Positions 18,083 through 28,724 of a stretch of 64,000 bases of DNA are shown here, piece by piece. The position numbers and the translations under genes were made by a program. The notes beneath the pieces are model-generated. The model was not told the DNA's origin. It saw only the letters and a program-made list of their open reading frames with translations, and ran no database searches. The stretch's first letter is position 1. Every line of letters begins with the position of its first letter. Source of the DNA: a candidate division WOR-3 bacterium (GTDB taxonomy: Bacteria > Hydrothermota > Tepidihabitantia > SM23-42 > JAOAFX01); the NCBI GenBank assembly GCA_037443805.1, contig JBBINQ010000007.1:12977-76976 (forward strand), read 5' to 3'.

Positions 18083-18865
18083 ATGCAGAAAGTGCAACTG
18101 GTAGTGAATAGATACAAACCCGATGCAAAGGAAATTTTGCAGAAAACAAAAAAGTTGTTGAATAAACATGGTTTCAAAATTTCACGCAAACCAGATTTTG
18201 TTATTGCCTTAGGAGGGGATGGTACTTTGCTCAAAGCTGCTGCCTTATATGCGAATAAATCTATTCCAATTCTTGGTATAAATTTAGGTGGTCTTGGTTT
18301 CCTTACCGATGTAAAATTTTCTCAGTTTCGGCATATCCTTGAGGAAATAAAAAAAGGGCAGTATCGTATTGAAAAAAGGATGCTTGTCTGCGCCCAAACA
18401 GGTAAAGAGATTCTTTACGCCCTGAATGATATCACGATATGCACAAGTACTCCAGGCAGGGTTGTTGAATTTTCTGCACGCATTGATGGTGAATATATTT
18501 GTAGATTTATTGCCGATGGAATCATAATCTCTACACCAACTGGTTCCACTGCTTATTCACTCGCCACTGGAGGACCAATTCTTCTGCCCTGTAGTGAGGC
18601 AATAATTATTACACCGATATCGCCCCACACCCTTTCAGTGCGACCCATTGTTCTTCCTGCGGAATCAATAATTGAAATAGAGATAGGTAAAAAAGGTAAG
18701 GCAATTTTGGTGGCTGATGGCCAGCGCAGTAAAAATTTAAAAAGCGGCAGCAATATAAAATTCAAAAAGGCACAAATTTATGTAAAATTAGTCAAACCAT
18801 TGCATGCTACATTTTTCAGCACCCTGAAAGAAAAATTGAAACTTGGAGGAAGGGAGCATGCTTAA
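18083..18865 (+). CDS. nadK: NAD kinase
   Basis: GGDGTLL motif. About 260 aa. Confidence 0.85.
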   Translation: MQKVQLVVNRYKPDAKEILQKTKKLLNKHGFKISRKPDFVIALGGDGTLLKAAALYANKSIPILGINLGGLGFLTDVKFSQFRHILEEIKKGQYRIEKRMLVCAQTGKEILYALNDITICTSTPGRVVEFSARIDGEYICRFIADGIIISTPTGSTAYSLATGGPILLPCSEAIIITPISPHTLSVRPIVLPAESIIEIEIGKKGKAILVADGQRSKNLKSGSNIKFKKAQIYVKLVKPLHATFFSTLKEKLKLGGREHA

Positions 18866-20525
18866 ATTCTTAAGGGTGAAGAATTTTGCCTTGATGGAGG
18901 AACTAACCCTTAATTTTGAAAAGGGTTTGACCATAATTACTGGTGAGACTGGTGCAGGTAAATCAATGATTGTTGAGGCGATTGCTGCCCTTTGTGGTGA
19001 ACGCATTGATGATATTTCAATACGCAGTGCAAAAGATTATGCAGAGATAACCGGGATTTTTGAGGCGACTATAGAGACCAATGAACTATTGAGAAAATAT
19101 AATATTGATTTTAGCGAAGACCTGATTATCCGTAGAAGAATTGAACGGGGTAAAAAGCAGTTTGCTTATATCAATGACCACCTTGTAAGTTTAGCCCGCT
19201 TAAAAGAGATAACACGGGGTATGATTGACCTTGTCGGGCAGTATGAAAATCAATCACTATTTGATGTAACAAACCATTTAAAATTGCTTGACCGATTTGC
19301 GGGTGTAGAAATACTCCTTGGTGAATACCAGAAAATTTTTAATGAAACTCAACATTGTCAGTATGAACTAACTAAACTTGAACTTATGCAAAAAGAAAAG
19401 GAGCAGAAACTTGAAAATTTACGATACGATACAGATGAAATAGAAAAGGCGGATTTAAAGCTGGACGAAGAAGAACAATTAATTACAGAAAAAAATCTTT
19501 TGTTGACCGGAGAGAAGCGTGCGAGCATTGTTGACGAGATAATTCCCTGCCTCTATGAGGCAGAGGCTTCTGCCTACGAAAAGCTTGCTTCAGCAAAGAA
19601 ATTTATTGAAGAATTATGCAAATTAGACCCGAACCCTGATGTGCAAAATATGAATAATATGCTTGACACAAGTCTCAGCAGTATTGAAGAGATATATCGG
19701 CAATTGATTGATTATAGAGAACGCATAGACTTTTCCCGTGAGCGGTTTGAAGAGGTAATGGGACGACTTGATTTATTGTCCCGCTTAAAAAAGAAATACG
19801 GTAAAGATATTAAGGGTATCATTGAATATCTTGATAATGCAAAGATTGAAATAGAAAGATTAGAGAAGACCGAGATTGAAATCGCGAATATTCAGGCACG
19901 CTTGAAGGAATTGTCTGTACAGCTGCAAAGCCTGGGCAATGAATTATCAAAAAAAAGAAAAGGTAAGGCAAAACTGATGGAAAAAGAGATTATCAAGACA
20001 CTTGGTAAATTAGGAATGGAAAAGGCACAATTTCAAATTAGATTTTCTGATAAACCATTTGACGAGACAGGTTGTGATGCCATTGAATTTTTTATATCAA
20101 CAAACCCCGGGGAAGAACTTAAACCATTAAAAAAAGTTGGGTCTGGCGGTGAAATTTCCCGTATGACCCTGGGTTTGAAAACAATCCTCTCTGAAGTAGA
20201 CCGTATCCCTACTATCATTTTTGATGAGGTTGATACGGGTATTGGTGGGAGAATTGCGGAGGCGGTTGGCGAACTCCTTTCTGCCGTGAGTAAAAAACAT
20301 CAGGTAATATGTATTACGCATCTGCCCCAGATTTCAATCTTTGCTGACAATCATATTGTGGTAAAAAAAGAGGTAAAAAAAGATACTACATCTGTTAATG
20401 TGATGAAACTTGATGAAGAGATGCGCAGAATGGAGATCGCCCGCATGTTAGGAGGAAAAGAGATTACCAGAAAAACACTTGAGCACGCCGAGGAAATTCT
20501 ACAAAAGCGAAGGAAAGATGAGTAA
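18858..20525 (+). CDS. recN: DNA repair protein RecN
   Basis: MLKFLRVKNFALMEELTLNFEKGLTIITGETGAGKSMIVEAI Walker A. Coiled-coil middle. C-terminal ABC signature/Walker B. Start set to ATG 18858 with SD. Confidence 0.9.
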   Translation: MLKFLRVKNFALMEELTLNFEKGLTIITGETGAGKSMIVEAIAALCGERIDDISIRSAKDYAEITGIFEATIETNELLRKYNIDFSEDLIIRRRIERGKKQFAYINDHLVSLARLKEITRGMIDLVGQYENQSLFDVTNHLKLLDRFAGVEILLGEYQKIFNETQHCQYELTKLELMQKEKEQKLENLRYDTDEIEKADLKLDEEEQLITEKNLLLTGEKRASIVDEIIPCLYEAEASAYEKLASAKKFIEELCKLDPNPDVQNMNNMLDTSLSSIEEIYRQLIDYRERIDFSRERFEEVMGRLDLLSRLKKKYGKDIKGIIEYLDNAKIEIERLEKTEIEIANIQARLKELSVQLQSLGNELSKKRKGKAKLMEKEIIKTLGKLGMEKAQFQIRFSDKPFDETGCDAIEFFISTNPGEELKPLKKVGSGGEISRMTLGLKTILSEVDRIPTIIFDEVDTGIGGRIAEAVGELLSAVSKKHQVICITHLPQISIFADNHIVVKKEVKKDTTSVNVMKLDEEMRRMEIARMLGGKEITRKTLEHAEEILQKRRKDE

Positions 20526-21033
20526 AAAATTTACTATTTCAAATCTAATCACATTTTTCCGCCTTGTACTTCTGCCTTTTATTATTTTCTTTCTCATAAA
20601 AAAAGAGCGTCTCATTGCCTTTATAATAATGCTCATTGCCCTTATCTCTGATGTCGTTGATGGTTATATTGCACGCAGATTTCACCAGGAGTCTGAATTG
20701 GGCAAACTACTTGACCCGCTCTGTGATAAAATATCGCTCGTTGTTATTTTAATAACACTGCTGATAATAAATTCAATTCCGGTCTGGGCAGTGGTAATCA
20801 TTGCCCTGAGGGATGCTTTGATACTCCTGGGTAGTTATGTTATTTTCAAAAAAAAACGCCTTGTTTACAAATCAAATATTCTCGGCAAGGCAACAGGATT
20901 TCTTTTTGGTGCAATGATTTTAGCCTTCACACTTAATCTTCAGAGTCTTGGTATGATTATTTTGTATATATCTATTCCGGTTATGATTGGTGCATTCATT
21001 ACATATCTTCGTAGATATATTATAAGTGTTTAA
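20518..21033 (+). CDS. CDP-alcohol phosphatidyltransferase family protein (PgsA-like)
   Basis: DVVDGYIARRFHQESELGKLLDPLCDKI is the D-x2-DG-x2-AR...G...D-x3-D motif. Polytopic. Start moved to the internal ATG at 20518. Confidence 0.75.
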   Translation: MSKKFTISNLITFFRLVLLPFIIFFLIKKERLIAFIIMLIALISDVVDGYIARRFHQESELGKLLDPLCDKISLVVILITLLIINSIPVWAVVIIALRDALILLGSYVIFKKKRLVYKSNILGKATGFLFGAMILAFTLNLQSLGMIILYISIPVMIGAFITYLRRYIISV

Positions 21034-21097
21034 CAGATACAAGAATTAAATGTAAGGTAATAATGGTCATATTAGAAAAATTAAAGGAGGTCATTAA

Positions 21098-21898
21098 ATG
21101 AAACCAATATTCTTCTCTAAGATGGAAGGCACAGGAAATGATTTTGTGGTTGTTGATAACCGTGAAGAACAATTTACCAGTATTGTAAAAAAAGAAGATA
21201 TGAAAAATACAATAAGCAAGATGCTACAAAGACATTATGGGATTGATGCTGATGGTTTAATATTGATTGAGAATTTTAAGGGTTATTTTTTCAATATGCG
21301 TTACTTTAACCGTGATGGAAGTGAAGCTGAACTCTGTCTTAATGGTGCACGCTGTGCGGTTAAATTTGCCCATCGGCTTGGCATTATTGAAGAAAAGGGA
21401 AAGTTTTTGACGCCAGCCGGGCCCATTGGTTTTGCCTTTCATCCCGATGTAATTAGTGTTGAAGTCCTGCCACCGGTAGACTTAAAATTGAATTTTACCC
21501 TAACCATTGCCCGCAAGAAATATAAATTATCGTATCTAAAACTCGGTGTGCCCCATACAATTATGTTTGTTGACTCTTTTGATGATATAAATATTTCTGA
21601 ATTTGGTTCGGCGATCCGCAACCACAAGGAGTTTCACCCTGATGGAACAAATGTAAATTTTGTTATGGTGGAAAACAAGAGCATCTTTGTTCGCACTTAT
21701 GAAAGGGGCATTGAGGCAGAGACACTTTCCTGCGGTAGCGGTGTTGTTGCTTCCGCATATATTGCCGCCAAATTATTTTTGGCAGAATCGCCAGTAAAGG
21801 TAAAGACTAATGGTGGTGAATTGACCGTAACCTTAAAAGATAAATTATATCTTGAGGCACCTGCCAATTTTGTATTTGACGGAACTTATTACTTGTAA
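21098..21898 (+). CDS. dapF: Diaminopimelate epimerase
   Basis: FSKMEGTGNDFVVVDN start. Catalytic Cys contexts (LCLNGARC, ETLSCGSG). SD aaaggagg. Confidence 0.85.
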   Translation: MKPIFFSKMEGTGNDFVVVDNREEQFTSIVKKEDMKNTISKMLQRHYGIDADGLILIENFKGYFFNMRYFNRDGSEAELCLNGARCAVKFAHRLGIIEEKGKFLTPAGPIGFAFHPDVISVEVLPPVDLKLNFTLTIARKKYKLSYLKLGVPHTIMFVDSFDDINISEFGSAIRNHKEFHPDGTNVNFVMVENKSIFVRTYERGIEAETLSCGSGVVASAYIAAKLFLAESPVKVKTNGGELTVTLKDKLYLEAPANFVFDGTYYL

Positions 21899-21900
21899 TT

Positions 21901-23091
21901 TTACCTTACAAAGATATTTTTTATTCGTGATAACGCCCATGTTAATTCATCTTTTGTAATAACCAGTGGTGGAGCAAAGCGCACGACATAGTCGTGTGTC
22001 TCTTTTGCAAGGATACCATACTTCATAAGTTCCTTACAATAAGGTCTTGCTTTTTTCTTTAACTCTACGCCGATTAAAAGTCCTTTGCCCCGCACTTCTT
22101 TGATCACTGGATTTTTAATTTTGCGCAGTTCATTCATAAACCAGGTTCCGAGTATGAATGCACGCTGTGGTAATTTTTCTTTAATAATAATATCAAGTGC
22201 AACAATGCCTATTGCTGCAGCAAGGGGATTGCCGCCGAATGTTGAGCCATGGTCGCCAGGGTTAAACACATCCATAATATTATTATCGCACAACATTGCA
22301 GAAATTGGGTAGAAACCACCACTCAATGCCTTTCCGACAATTAAGATGTCGGGTCTTATCCCTTCGTATTCAAAGGCAAACAATTTGCCCGTTCTTCCAA
22401 GCCCGGTTTGGATTTCGTCAACCATTAGTAATATATTATTTTCTTTGCAGATTTTGTAGCATGCCTTTAAGTATCCATTATCCGGAACAATAACACCGCC
22501 CTCACCCTGAATTGGTTCTACAAGAAACGCAACAGTATTTTTGGTAATTGCCTTTTTTAATGCTGTTGCATCATTGTAAGGAATCATTTTGAAATTTGGT
22601 GTAAATGGTCCAAACCCATCGCGATACTGAAATTCCGAAGAGAAACCGACAATGGTTGTGGTCCTGCCGTGAAAATTGTTCTTACAAACAATAATCTCTG
22701 CTTTTTCTTTTGCAACATTTTTTCGGTAATATCCCCATTTACGTGCTGCTTTTATTGCAGTCTCCACTGCCTCGGCACCTGAATTCATGGGCAGTGCTTT
22801 TTCATAACCACAAAATTTGCATAGTTTTTGCAAAAAAATACCAAGTTTATCATTGTAAAATGCCCTTGAACAAAGGGTCAATTGAGAAATCTGTTTCTTT
22901 ACAACTTTTATTATTTCAGGATGGCAATGTCCTTGATTTAACGCAGAATATGCGCTTAACATATCAAGATATTTTTTTCCTTCAACATCCCATACCCATG
23001 CACCTTTGCCTTTTTTTAATACTACTGGCAAGGGTAGATAATTGTGAGCGCTATATTTTTCTGTAATTTTTATAATATCTTTACTCCGCAT
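21901..23091 (-). CDS. Class III PLP-dependent aminotransferase, ornithine/acetylornithine aminotransferase-like
   Basis: About 396 aa. Ornithine-aminotransferase-like N-terminus (KYSAHNYLPLPVVLKKGKGAWVWDVEGKKYLD). Lys-PLP region around GKALSGG. Confidence 0.8.
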   Translation of the reverse strand: MRSKDIIKITEKYSAHNYLPLPVVLKKGKGAWVWDVEGKKYLDMLSAYSALNQGHCHPEIIKVVKKQISQLTLCSRAFYNDKLGIFLQKLCKFCGYEKALPMNSGAEAVETAIKAARKWGYYRKNVAKEKAEIIVCKNNFHGRTTTIVGFSSEFQYRDGFGPFTPNFKMIPYNDATALKKAITKNTVAFLVEPIQGEGGVIVPDNGYLKACYKICKENNILLMVDEIQTGLGRTGKLFAFEYEGIRPDILIVGKALSGGFYPISAMLCDNNIMDVFNPGDHGSTFGGNPLAAAIGIVALDIIIKEKLPQRAFILGTWFMNELRKIKNPVIKEVRGKGLLIGVELKKKARPYCKELMKYGILAKETHDYVVRFAPPLVITKDELTWALSRIKNIFVR

Positions 23092-23101
23092 TTTGCTCCT
23101 T

Positions 23102-23722
23102 TCATTTTATCAAACCCAACCAGGGTCCAAGTAAAAACTGGATACGACCAATTAAAAGACTGACACGTGCCATTACAGTATAACCAAAAGAGGCACCGAA
23201 ACCCAGCATGATGAAAATAATACCGAGCCGGGCACCAAATTTTAATACTCCACGATGCTCTGTTGAAAAGAAAAAATAGATGACTGTGCAGATAACACCG
23301 ATGAGTATAATTAAAGACCACAGTCCTTCAAAACCCTTACTAAAGGATTGTGGGGTTACGACCGTTCCTTCAATCTGTCTAAATATAAATGCCTGTAGAT
23401 TTGCCGGGATGGATATGCCTGCACCCCAGCCAATCATAAATCCAATGGGCAGGCGCACAAGCCAGCCCACCCTTGGAATAAATCTTGTGAAATATAAAAT
23501 TCCTAACAAGAGGGGAACAACATATAGAAAATTGCCCGCCTTTAATGGCTCATACAGATTCGGTTTTAATGCCTGGTGCCAGTAGAATACAATGTAGTAG
23601 CCATTTGCGACACCAACAAATAAATGCTCGGCAAATTTATAAAATGGATTGTCACGAAACAGAAATGAAAATATCATTAAAGTAAGAAATGCACCAATCC
23701 AGATCCAGGGGTCTGTGCTCAT
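23102..23722 (-). CDS. Hypothetical polytopic membrane protein (4th gene of a membrane-protein cluster)
   Basis: 206 aa with about 6 hydrophobic helices. No recognisable motif. 10 nt upstream of the aminotransferase. Confidence 0.4.
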   Translation of the reverse strand: MSTDPWIWIGAFLTLMIFSFLFRDNPFYKFAEHLFVGVANGYYIVFYWHQALKPNLYEPLKAGNFLYVVPLLLGILYFTRFIPRVGWLVRLPIGFMIGWGAGISIPANLQAFIFRQIEGTVVTPQSFSKGFEGLWSLIILIGVICTVIYFFFSTEHRGVLKFGARLGIIFIMLGFGASFGYTVMARVSLLIGRIQFLLGPWLGLIK

Positions 23723-23725
23723 ACC

Positions 23726-24598
23726 TCAGCTCTTTTTTCTGCGTAATGCCATATAACCAATATTTCCGATAATGATAAGCAGAATTATCCATAAGTGAAT
23801 GAGTATCTGCGAATTCATTCCTGTCTCAGCCTTACCTGTTTCACTTGTATACCCTGATTTCACCAATAAATTTTCATATTCAGCAGCGCCTTTCATCCCA
23901 GACATCATTCCTGAAATCTGGCCGGTCTGTAAAAAAGGATAATATTTTGGCGCCATTACTGCAGTGAGCCCGGCACCAAGTTTTAAACCATATCTTGCTT
24001 GTGCATACATCAACCATTCCTGTGGGTAATCAGCAGCAGCAATGATAATAGAAATAGCAATATCACGATAATTTTTTATATTTTGCATCAGGGGAAGTGA
24101 ATCAGTATAATTGTTATAATAATCACGCGGAAAGACATTGCTAATCTTCTCACCCATCTCCATAAGTGCAGCAATCCTGCCCGATTTCCAGCCTAAATAA
24201 ACATAGTCCTCACCATAGGTAATAGAATCTTCCTTTGATGTTGCCTGGCTATTTAATTTTGTAACAACTGTATTTAGTGCTTCTATTGCCAGTCCTGGCG
24301 CCTGTGGGTCAAAAGAGAGTCCAATTACGGGTATCTGTTTTTTTAAGCAGTGTGTAATAATGCTTATTGCCATGGGATGGCACTCTGGCATAGTCTGCGG
24401 TGTATAGTCAATGGAAATAAGCACTGCTTTATTTTGGTGGGATTCAAGCGCATCAATAAAATCATAAAGTTTTTGGGTCTGGGGCATTATATTCTGTGGA
24501 ATGTGAAACCTCAGGAAAAAAGGCAGAATGACCAGAATTGTAAGCACAAGATAGATGACTCTTCGGTTAATGCTTGTAAGTGACTTAAAAAAATTCAT
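23726..24598 (-). CDS. Hypothetical bitopic membrane/periplasmic protein
   Basis: N-terminal TM, about 230 aa soluble region, C-terminal TM. Overlaps neighbours by 4 nt. Confidence 0.4.
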   Translation of the reverse strand: MNFFKSLTSINRRVIYLVLTILVILPFFLRFHIPQNIMPQTQKLYDFIDALESHQNKAVLISIDYTPQTMPECHPMAISIITHCLKKQIPVIGLSFDPQAPGLAIEALNTVVTKLNSQATSKEDSITYGEDYVYLGWKSGRIAALMEMGEKISNVFPRDYYNNYTDSLPLMQNIKNYRDIAISIIIAAADYPQEWLMYAQARYGLKLGAGLTAVMAPKYYPFLQTGQISGMMSGMKGAAEYENLLVKSGYTSETGKAETGMNSQILIHLWIILLIIIGNIGYMALRRKKS

Positions 24599-25218
24599 TC
24601 CTTGCCTCCGAGCCAGGAACGCTCAATGCCTAAAATTATCTTTAAGGCAGTCGCTACAGAGCCGAATGCCACACCGAGAAGTATACCACGCTGGGATGCC
24701 ATATTTGGAATACGCATCAACCATTCAGCAAAATCAGGTAAACGGGGATGGATAAACTTTCCTATAGGCATAAATCCAATCATTACTACAAATGCTGCGC
24801 CAAGCAAAAGTCCAGCTTCAAGGCTCCGTGCCCTGAATGCACGATATGCTGCAGATGTCATATAGTATGCCAGCAGGGCAAACATTGTTGCACCAAGTGG
24901 TGTCAGCACATTCAGATAAATCTTTTGATAGATTGATTTTTCATCAATTCCAAAGAACAGGCCAACGATTGCCATTAAGAACATACTTAAGATTGTAACA
25001 ATGCTATACTGCCAGCCTGGCCTTTTTCGCTTTATTATCATTATATGATGGCTCGTCAAATTGCCAATGCCCAATACCAGGGCAAAGGCAGATAATACTA
25101 CAACCCACTGATTGATAATGCTATTAAACTGCTGGGAAACTGGATGGGGAATAAAAAACTGGAAGACCATCATTATGCCCATTATGAGACAGATTGCTAA
25201 TGGCAATATGGTTTTCAT
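24595..25218 (-). CDS. Hypothetical polytopic membrane protein
   Basis: 207 aa with about 5 TM helices. 4 nt overlaps. Confidence 0.4.
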   Translation of the reverse strand: MKTILPLAICLIMGIMMVFQFFIPHPVSQQFNSIINQWVVVLSAFALVLGIGNLTSHHIMIIKRKRPGWQYSIVTILSMFLMAIVGLFFGIDEKSIYQKIYLNVLTPLGATMFALLAYYMTSAAYRAFRARSLEAGLLLGAAFVVMIGFMPIGKFIHPRLPDFAEWLMRIPNMASQRGILLGVAFGSVATALKIILGIERSWLGGKE

Positions 25219-26327
25219 TGCACCCTCAATATTGAAATCAGATTAATTTTAACAAATGAAAGTAAGGTCAATAATACAAGCATTAAAAGGACCAAAAACT
25301 TTCCTGTATCCTGTGCCCGCAGGGATGCGACCAGAACTGGTTCCCGTGTTAAATAAGCAGATGCGGCATATACTTCTTCTCCAAGAAGTGTATAATCACA
25401 CGCAGTGACAAAGAACGGTAATTGCAGAACCTGGTCAGTGCCGGCAATCTGCACTGCGCCGATCTGGTTACCAGTTTCTGCCATTAAAAGAGATTCAGCA
25501 AAAAATGGTCCAATGAAAAAATTTGTTGCCGGTCGCTCCCTGAGGATAATACCATTTATTGCTGCTGCATAACCGAATTGGGATTCGGTCAGATAACGAA
25601 CATAATCATCATTAAATTTATCAATTTTACCCTGGCTGATGAACGCCTGTTTAACCACTTCCCTTGCTACAGTATAGACGACCGGATAGCAATTTACCAC
25701 AATCAGAGGGTTTTCATAAATTGCTGCTTTTTTGGCAAGTTCACCAAGGATATTCATTGAGGCAATGGTTGATGGAAAGTCAATGTCACCTAAGCCCGGG
25801 ACATAAACGATTGGTTTTCCCATTTCAGTTGCCCTGCCTACTGCCTCTTCTATTGCATCAAGTCCGGTAATCTTTCTGATAAACAATTTTGTTCCTTTTT
25901 TTGCCCACACCATAAATAGTATCAAAAAAGACGAAAATACTATAATCGCTATTAACACATTCAATCTTCCTTTATGGAAAAATTGGGGAGATGATTGAAC
26001 AGCATTACTTATTGTATGATAATAAAGGCTATCCTGTTTCTGGACCGCAATGAGATAGATATACTTTTCATTGTCATTTACACTATTATCTTCATAACTT
26101 GTGGCTAATGGTCCGGCAAACCCTATCTTTTTAAATGAAGTATCTGTAACAGTGCGACGGAATATTACATAGCCGTCAATAAGGGTATCGCCTATTTGTT
26201 TCCAGTTAAGACTAATACATGAACCAGCATCATTTGGACGGTCACAAACAGTAAAATTTTCTAAGGAAAGAGAAAAAATAATAAATAGCCACACACCATA
26301 TTTTAGCCAAAAAAAGCAGTATGTCAA
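25215..26327 (-). CDS. Hypothetical membrane protein with a possible FN3-like extracytoplasmic segment and a central soluble domain
   Basis: 370 aa. N-terminal hydrophobic segment, internal TM ([17 protein letters not shown]) and C-terminal TM. First gene of a minus-strand cluster. Confidence 0.4.
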   Translation of the reverse strand: MTYCFFWLKYGVWLFIIFSLSLENFTVCDRPNDAGSCISLNWKQIGDTLIDGYVIFRRTVTDTSFKKIGFAGPLATSYEDNSVNDNEKYIYLIAVQKQDSLYYHTISNAVQSSPQFFHKGRLNVLIAIIVFSSFLILFMVWAKKGTKLFIRKITGLDAIEEAVGRATEMGKPIVYVPGLGDIDFPSTIASMNILGELAKKAAIYENPLIVVNCYPVVYTVAREVVKQAFISQGKIDKFNDDYVRYLTESQFGYAAAINGIILRERPATNFFIGPFFAESLLMAETGNQIGAVQIAGTDQVLQLPFFVTACDYTLLGEEVYAASAYLTREPVLVASLRAQDTGKFLVLLMLVLLTLLSFVKINLISILRVQ

Positions 26328-26878
26328 TTAAATTGAAGATGTGTAGCTGGAATGAAAAAAAATTTGCACATTGAATTTACTATCATCCATTTTACAATTT
26401 GACAATTGTAGAATGGTCGAACTGATTACTAATTTGATTACCAATATTTTAGACATTAGAAAAAACATAATCCTCGCTATCGCTCGGAAAAATCCGAATG
26501 ACTCTTGTAAATCGTTAGACGGCTGTCGGTTGCGAAATGCGTTTCGTATAACAGCGTCGTTTGTCGTTGGACAGTTTCGCCGCCCGCATGCGATGATGAA
26601 AAATAGATAGACCAAAAAGGCCAGACAGACTAAATAGACCAAAAATGACCATGGCCTATAACCATACCGGTGGCCACGACCTATAACCACCGACTATTTT
26701 TTGGAATAGGGACTTTAGTCCTGTGAGAAAAATAAAATGCCTAAAAGTCCAAAATACCTAAATACCTAAAAATAAAAATGCCTTATGATAGAAAAAGGGT
26801 GATAATGGGTTATCAAGGGAAATCAGGGGGAATCAGGGGATGGGAGGATATGTGGATTTAAAGTGTGAAGAGCTGGCC

Positions 26879-27886
26879 CTAACAGATTCTTGGCAGGCCT
26901 TCTGCCTCAAGTTGTAAGAGTGGCCTTAATCCGCCAATGTTTGTGCGTAACCATACTCCAGAAAGGTCTTTTTTTATTTCACCTATTACCCGGGCATTTT
27001 TCCCGAGAGGATATTTTTTTAAAAAAGATAAAACTGCTTTGGTATGACTGCTATCAATTACTGCAATAAATTTACCTTCATTTGCAATGTATAGTGGGTC
27101 AAGTCCAAGAATCTCACAGGCACCTTTTACCTCAGGTTTTACAGGGATATCGGTTTCGTTAATGACAACGCCCCATTCTTTTTTTTCTGCAATCTCATTT
27201 AAAATCGCAACGACACCGCCCCTGGTGGGGTCGCGCATAAATTTTATGTTAAAATCTTTTTGAAATAATTTATTGGTGATAATATTTAATGGTGCGCAAT
27301 CGCTTTTAAAGTTTGCCTTTAAATTTAGGTTCAACCGCTGATTCATTATCGCAATGCCATGGTCACCAATTGTGCCGCTGATAATGACCTTGTCACCGGG
27401 CTTTATCTCTTCAACTCCTAAATGTTTTTTGATCGTGCCGATGCCCGAGGTCGTGATAAAAATCTTATCTGCCTTCCCTCTCTCCACCACCTTCGTATCA
27501 CCGCACACCACGCGCACCCCGCTCTTTTTCGCAGTTGCTGATGCAGATTTTAAAATTTTTTCCAATGCAGAGAATTCCAAGCCTTCTTCAAGAATTAGAG
27601 AAAAAGAGATATATTGTGGGATTGCTCCTTTCATTGTCAGGTCATTTATCGTGCCACAGATTGAAAGTTTGCCAATATCTCCACCTGGAAAAAATATGGG
27701 ATTTATCACATAGGAATCTGTAGTAAAGGCGATGTTCTTTTTCTTGATATTTAGTTCTGCAGAGTCTTCAAGTTTTTTTAATGCCGGGTCAGGAAAGTAT
27801 TTTAAAATTAAATCTTTTATTAAACGATTAGTTAATAAGCCACCTGAACCATGCCCCAAGCTTATTTTTCTATCTTTCATAATCAA
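26879..27886 (-). CDS. hypE: Hydrogenase maturation carbamoyl dehydratase HypE-like (PurM/AIR-synthase-related superfamily)
   Basis: N-terminal ISLGHGSGG. C-terminus ends ...GLPRIC, the HypE-specific PRIC cysteine tail. About 335 aa. Confidence 0.75.
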   Translation of the reverse strand: MIMKDRKISLGHGSGGLLTNRLIKDLILKYFPDPALKKLEDSAELNIKKKNIAFTTDSYVINPIFFPGGDIGKLSICGTINDLTMKGAIPQYISFSLILEEGLEFSALEKILKSASATAKKSGVRVVCGDTKVVERGKADKIFITTSGIGTIKKHLGVEEIKPGDKVIISGTIGDHGIAIMNQRLNLNLKANFKSDCAPLNIITNKLFQKDFNIKFMRDPTRGGVVAILNEIAEKKEWGVVINETDIPVKPEVKGACEILGLDPLYIANEGKFIAVIDSSHTKAVLSFLKKYPLGKNARVIGEIKKDLSGVWLRTNIGGLRPLLQLEAEGLPRIC

Positions 27887-28704
27887 TGTAGATTATATCC
27901 AAGAACCGCACCGGCAGGAGGTAGTAGTGTAATTGTAATTCCGATAATCCTGGGCCAGGGTTTACTATTGCTGGATTCATAGTAAGAAAAAGCAGCAGAA
28001 CTTATCAATGCCCCAATCCCTGCACCAATTGCAGATTTCCACCATGAGCCGCGCTCTTTAAACAACTTTCCTGTAATTGTTGTGGTTGTGCTGGTAAAGA
28101 GCATATTAGATGCGGTGTACAAGGGGATTATATTCTGTGGTTCAATATATTCGTAATTAAAAGAATAAAAGTAAATGCTGCTCAAAAAAGAGAGTCCCAA
28201 TCCAATACATCCACCCATACCTTCAAATGTATATATCCCTGTCTGCCTGAAGAATTTATTACTATCCCAGTTATAACCAACCACTGCGCCGTATGCTGGA
28301 AATACCGTATATTCTACACCGAATCTATGGTAATTATACTCAATAAAAGAAACAAATATACTTGCAATACCTGCGCCGATTGCTGCTTTGTACCAATTGC
28401 CTTTTTGATTAAAGAGTTTTCCTGTTAAATGTGTGGCAGCAGTGCTTGTCGTCGTAGTAAGTAGGGCATAGCCGATACCAGAGAACCAGCGTTCAGGTCC
28501 TTTTTTCCATTGTTCCTCAGTGTTGAAAGAATACAGGCTGAAATGGGATACTAATGCGCCCGCTTCGGCTGCGATAAATTCAAAACCATAGTTTAACACA
28601 GAATTCTGTAATCTCTGGTTCACATAAAGATTTTCATCCTGCAATTTGAATTGCTGAATATACCCATTGCTATGATTTATTGCCAAAAAAATTATGATTA
28701 CCAT
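27883..28704 (-). CDS. Hypothetical protein with an internal tandem duplication
   Basis: Two about 65 aa repeats, TGKLFNQKGNWYKAAIGAGIASIF...AYGAVVGYNWD and TGKLFKERGSWWKSAIGAGIGALI...PAGAVLGYNLH. Gly/aromatic rich. Confidence 0.4.
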   Translation of the reverse strand: MVIIIFLAINHSNGYIQQFKLQDENLYVNQRLQNSVLNYGFEFIAAEAGALVSHFSLYSFNTEEQWKKGPERWFSGIGYALLTTTTSTAATHLTGKLFNQKGNWYKAAIGAGIASIFVSFIEYNYHRFGVEYTVFPAYGAVVGYNWDSNKFFRQTGIYTFEGMGGCIGLGLSFLSSIYFYSFNYEYIEPQNIIPLYTASNMLFTSTTTTITGKLFKERGSWWKSAIGAGIGALISSAAFSYYESSNSKPWPRIIGITITLLPPAGAVLGYNLH

Positions 28705-28724
28705 AGATCTCCAATAAAAATATA

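Noticed and set aside
26328-26690. ORFs 26371..26610 (+) and 26328..26690 (-) as real genes
   Set aside because: They are mutually antisense and low-complexity. They have no motif, no SD and no promoter geometry. The region is better explained as non-coding and is flagged separately as an anomalous intergenic stretch.
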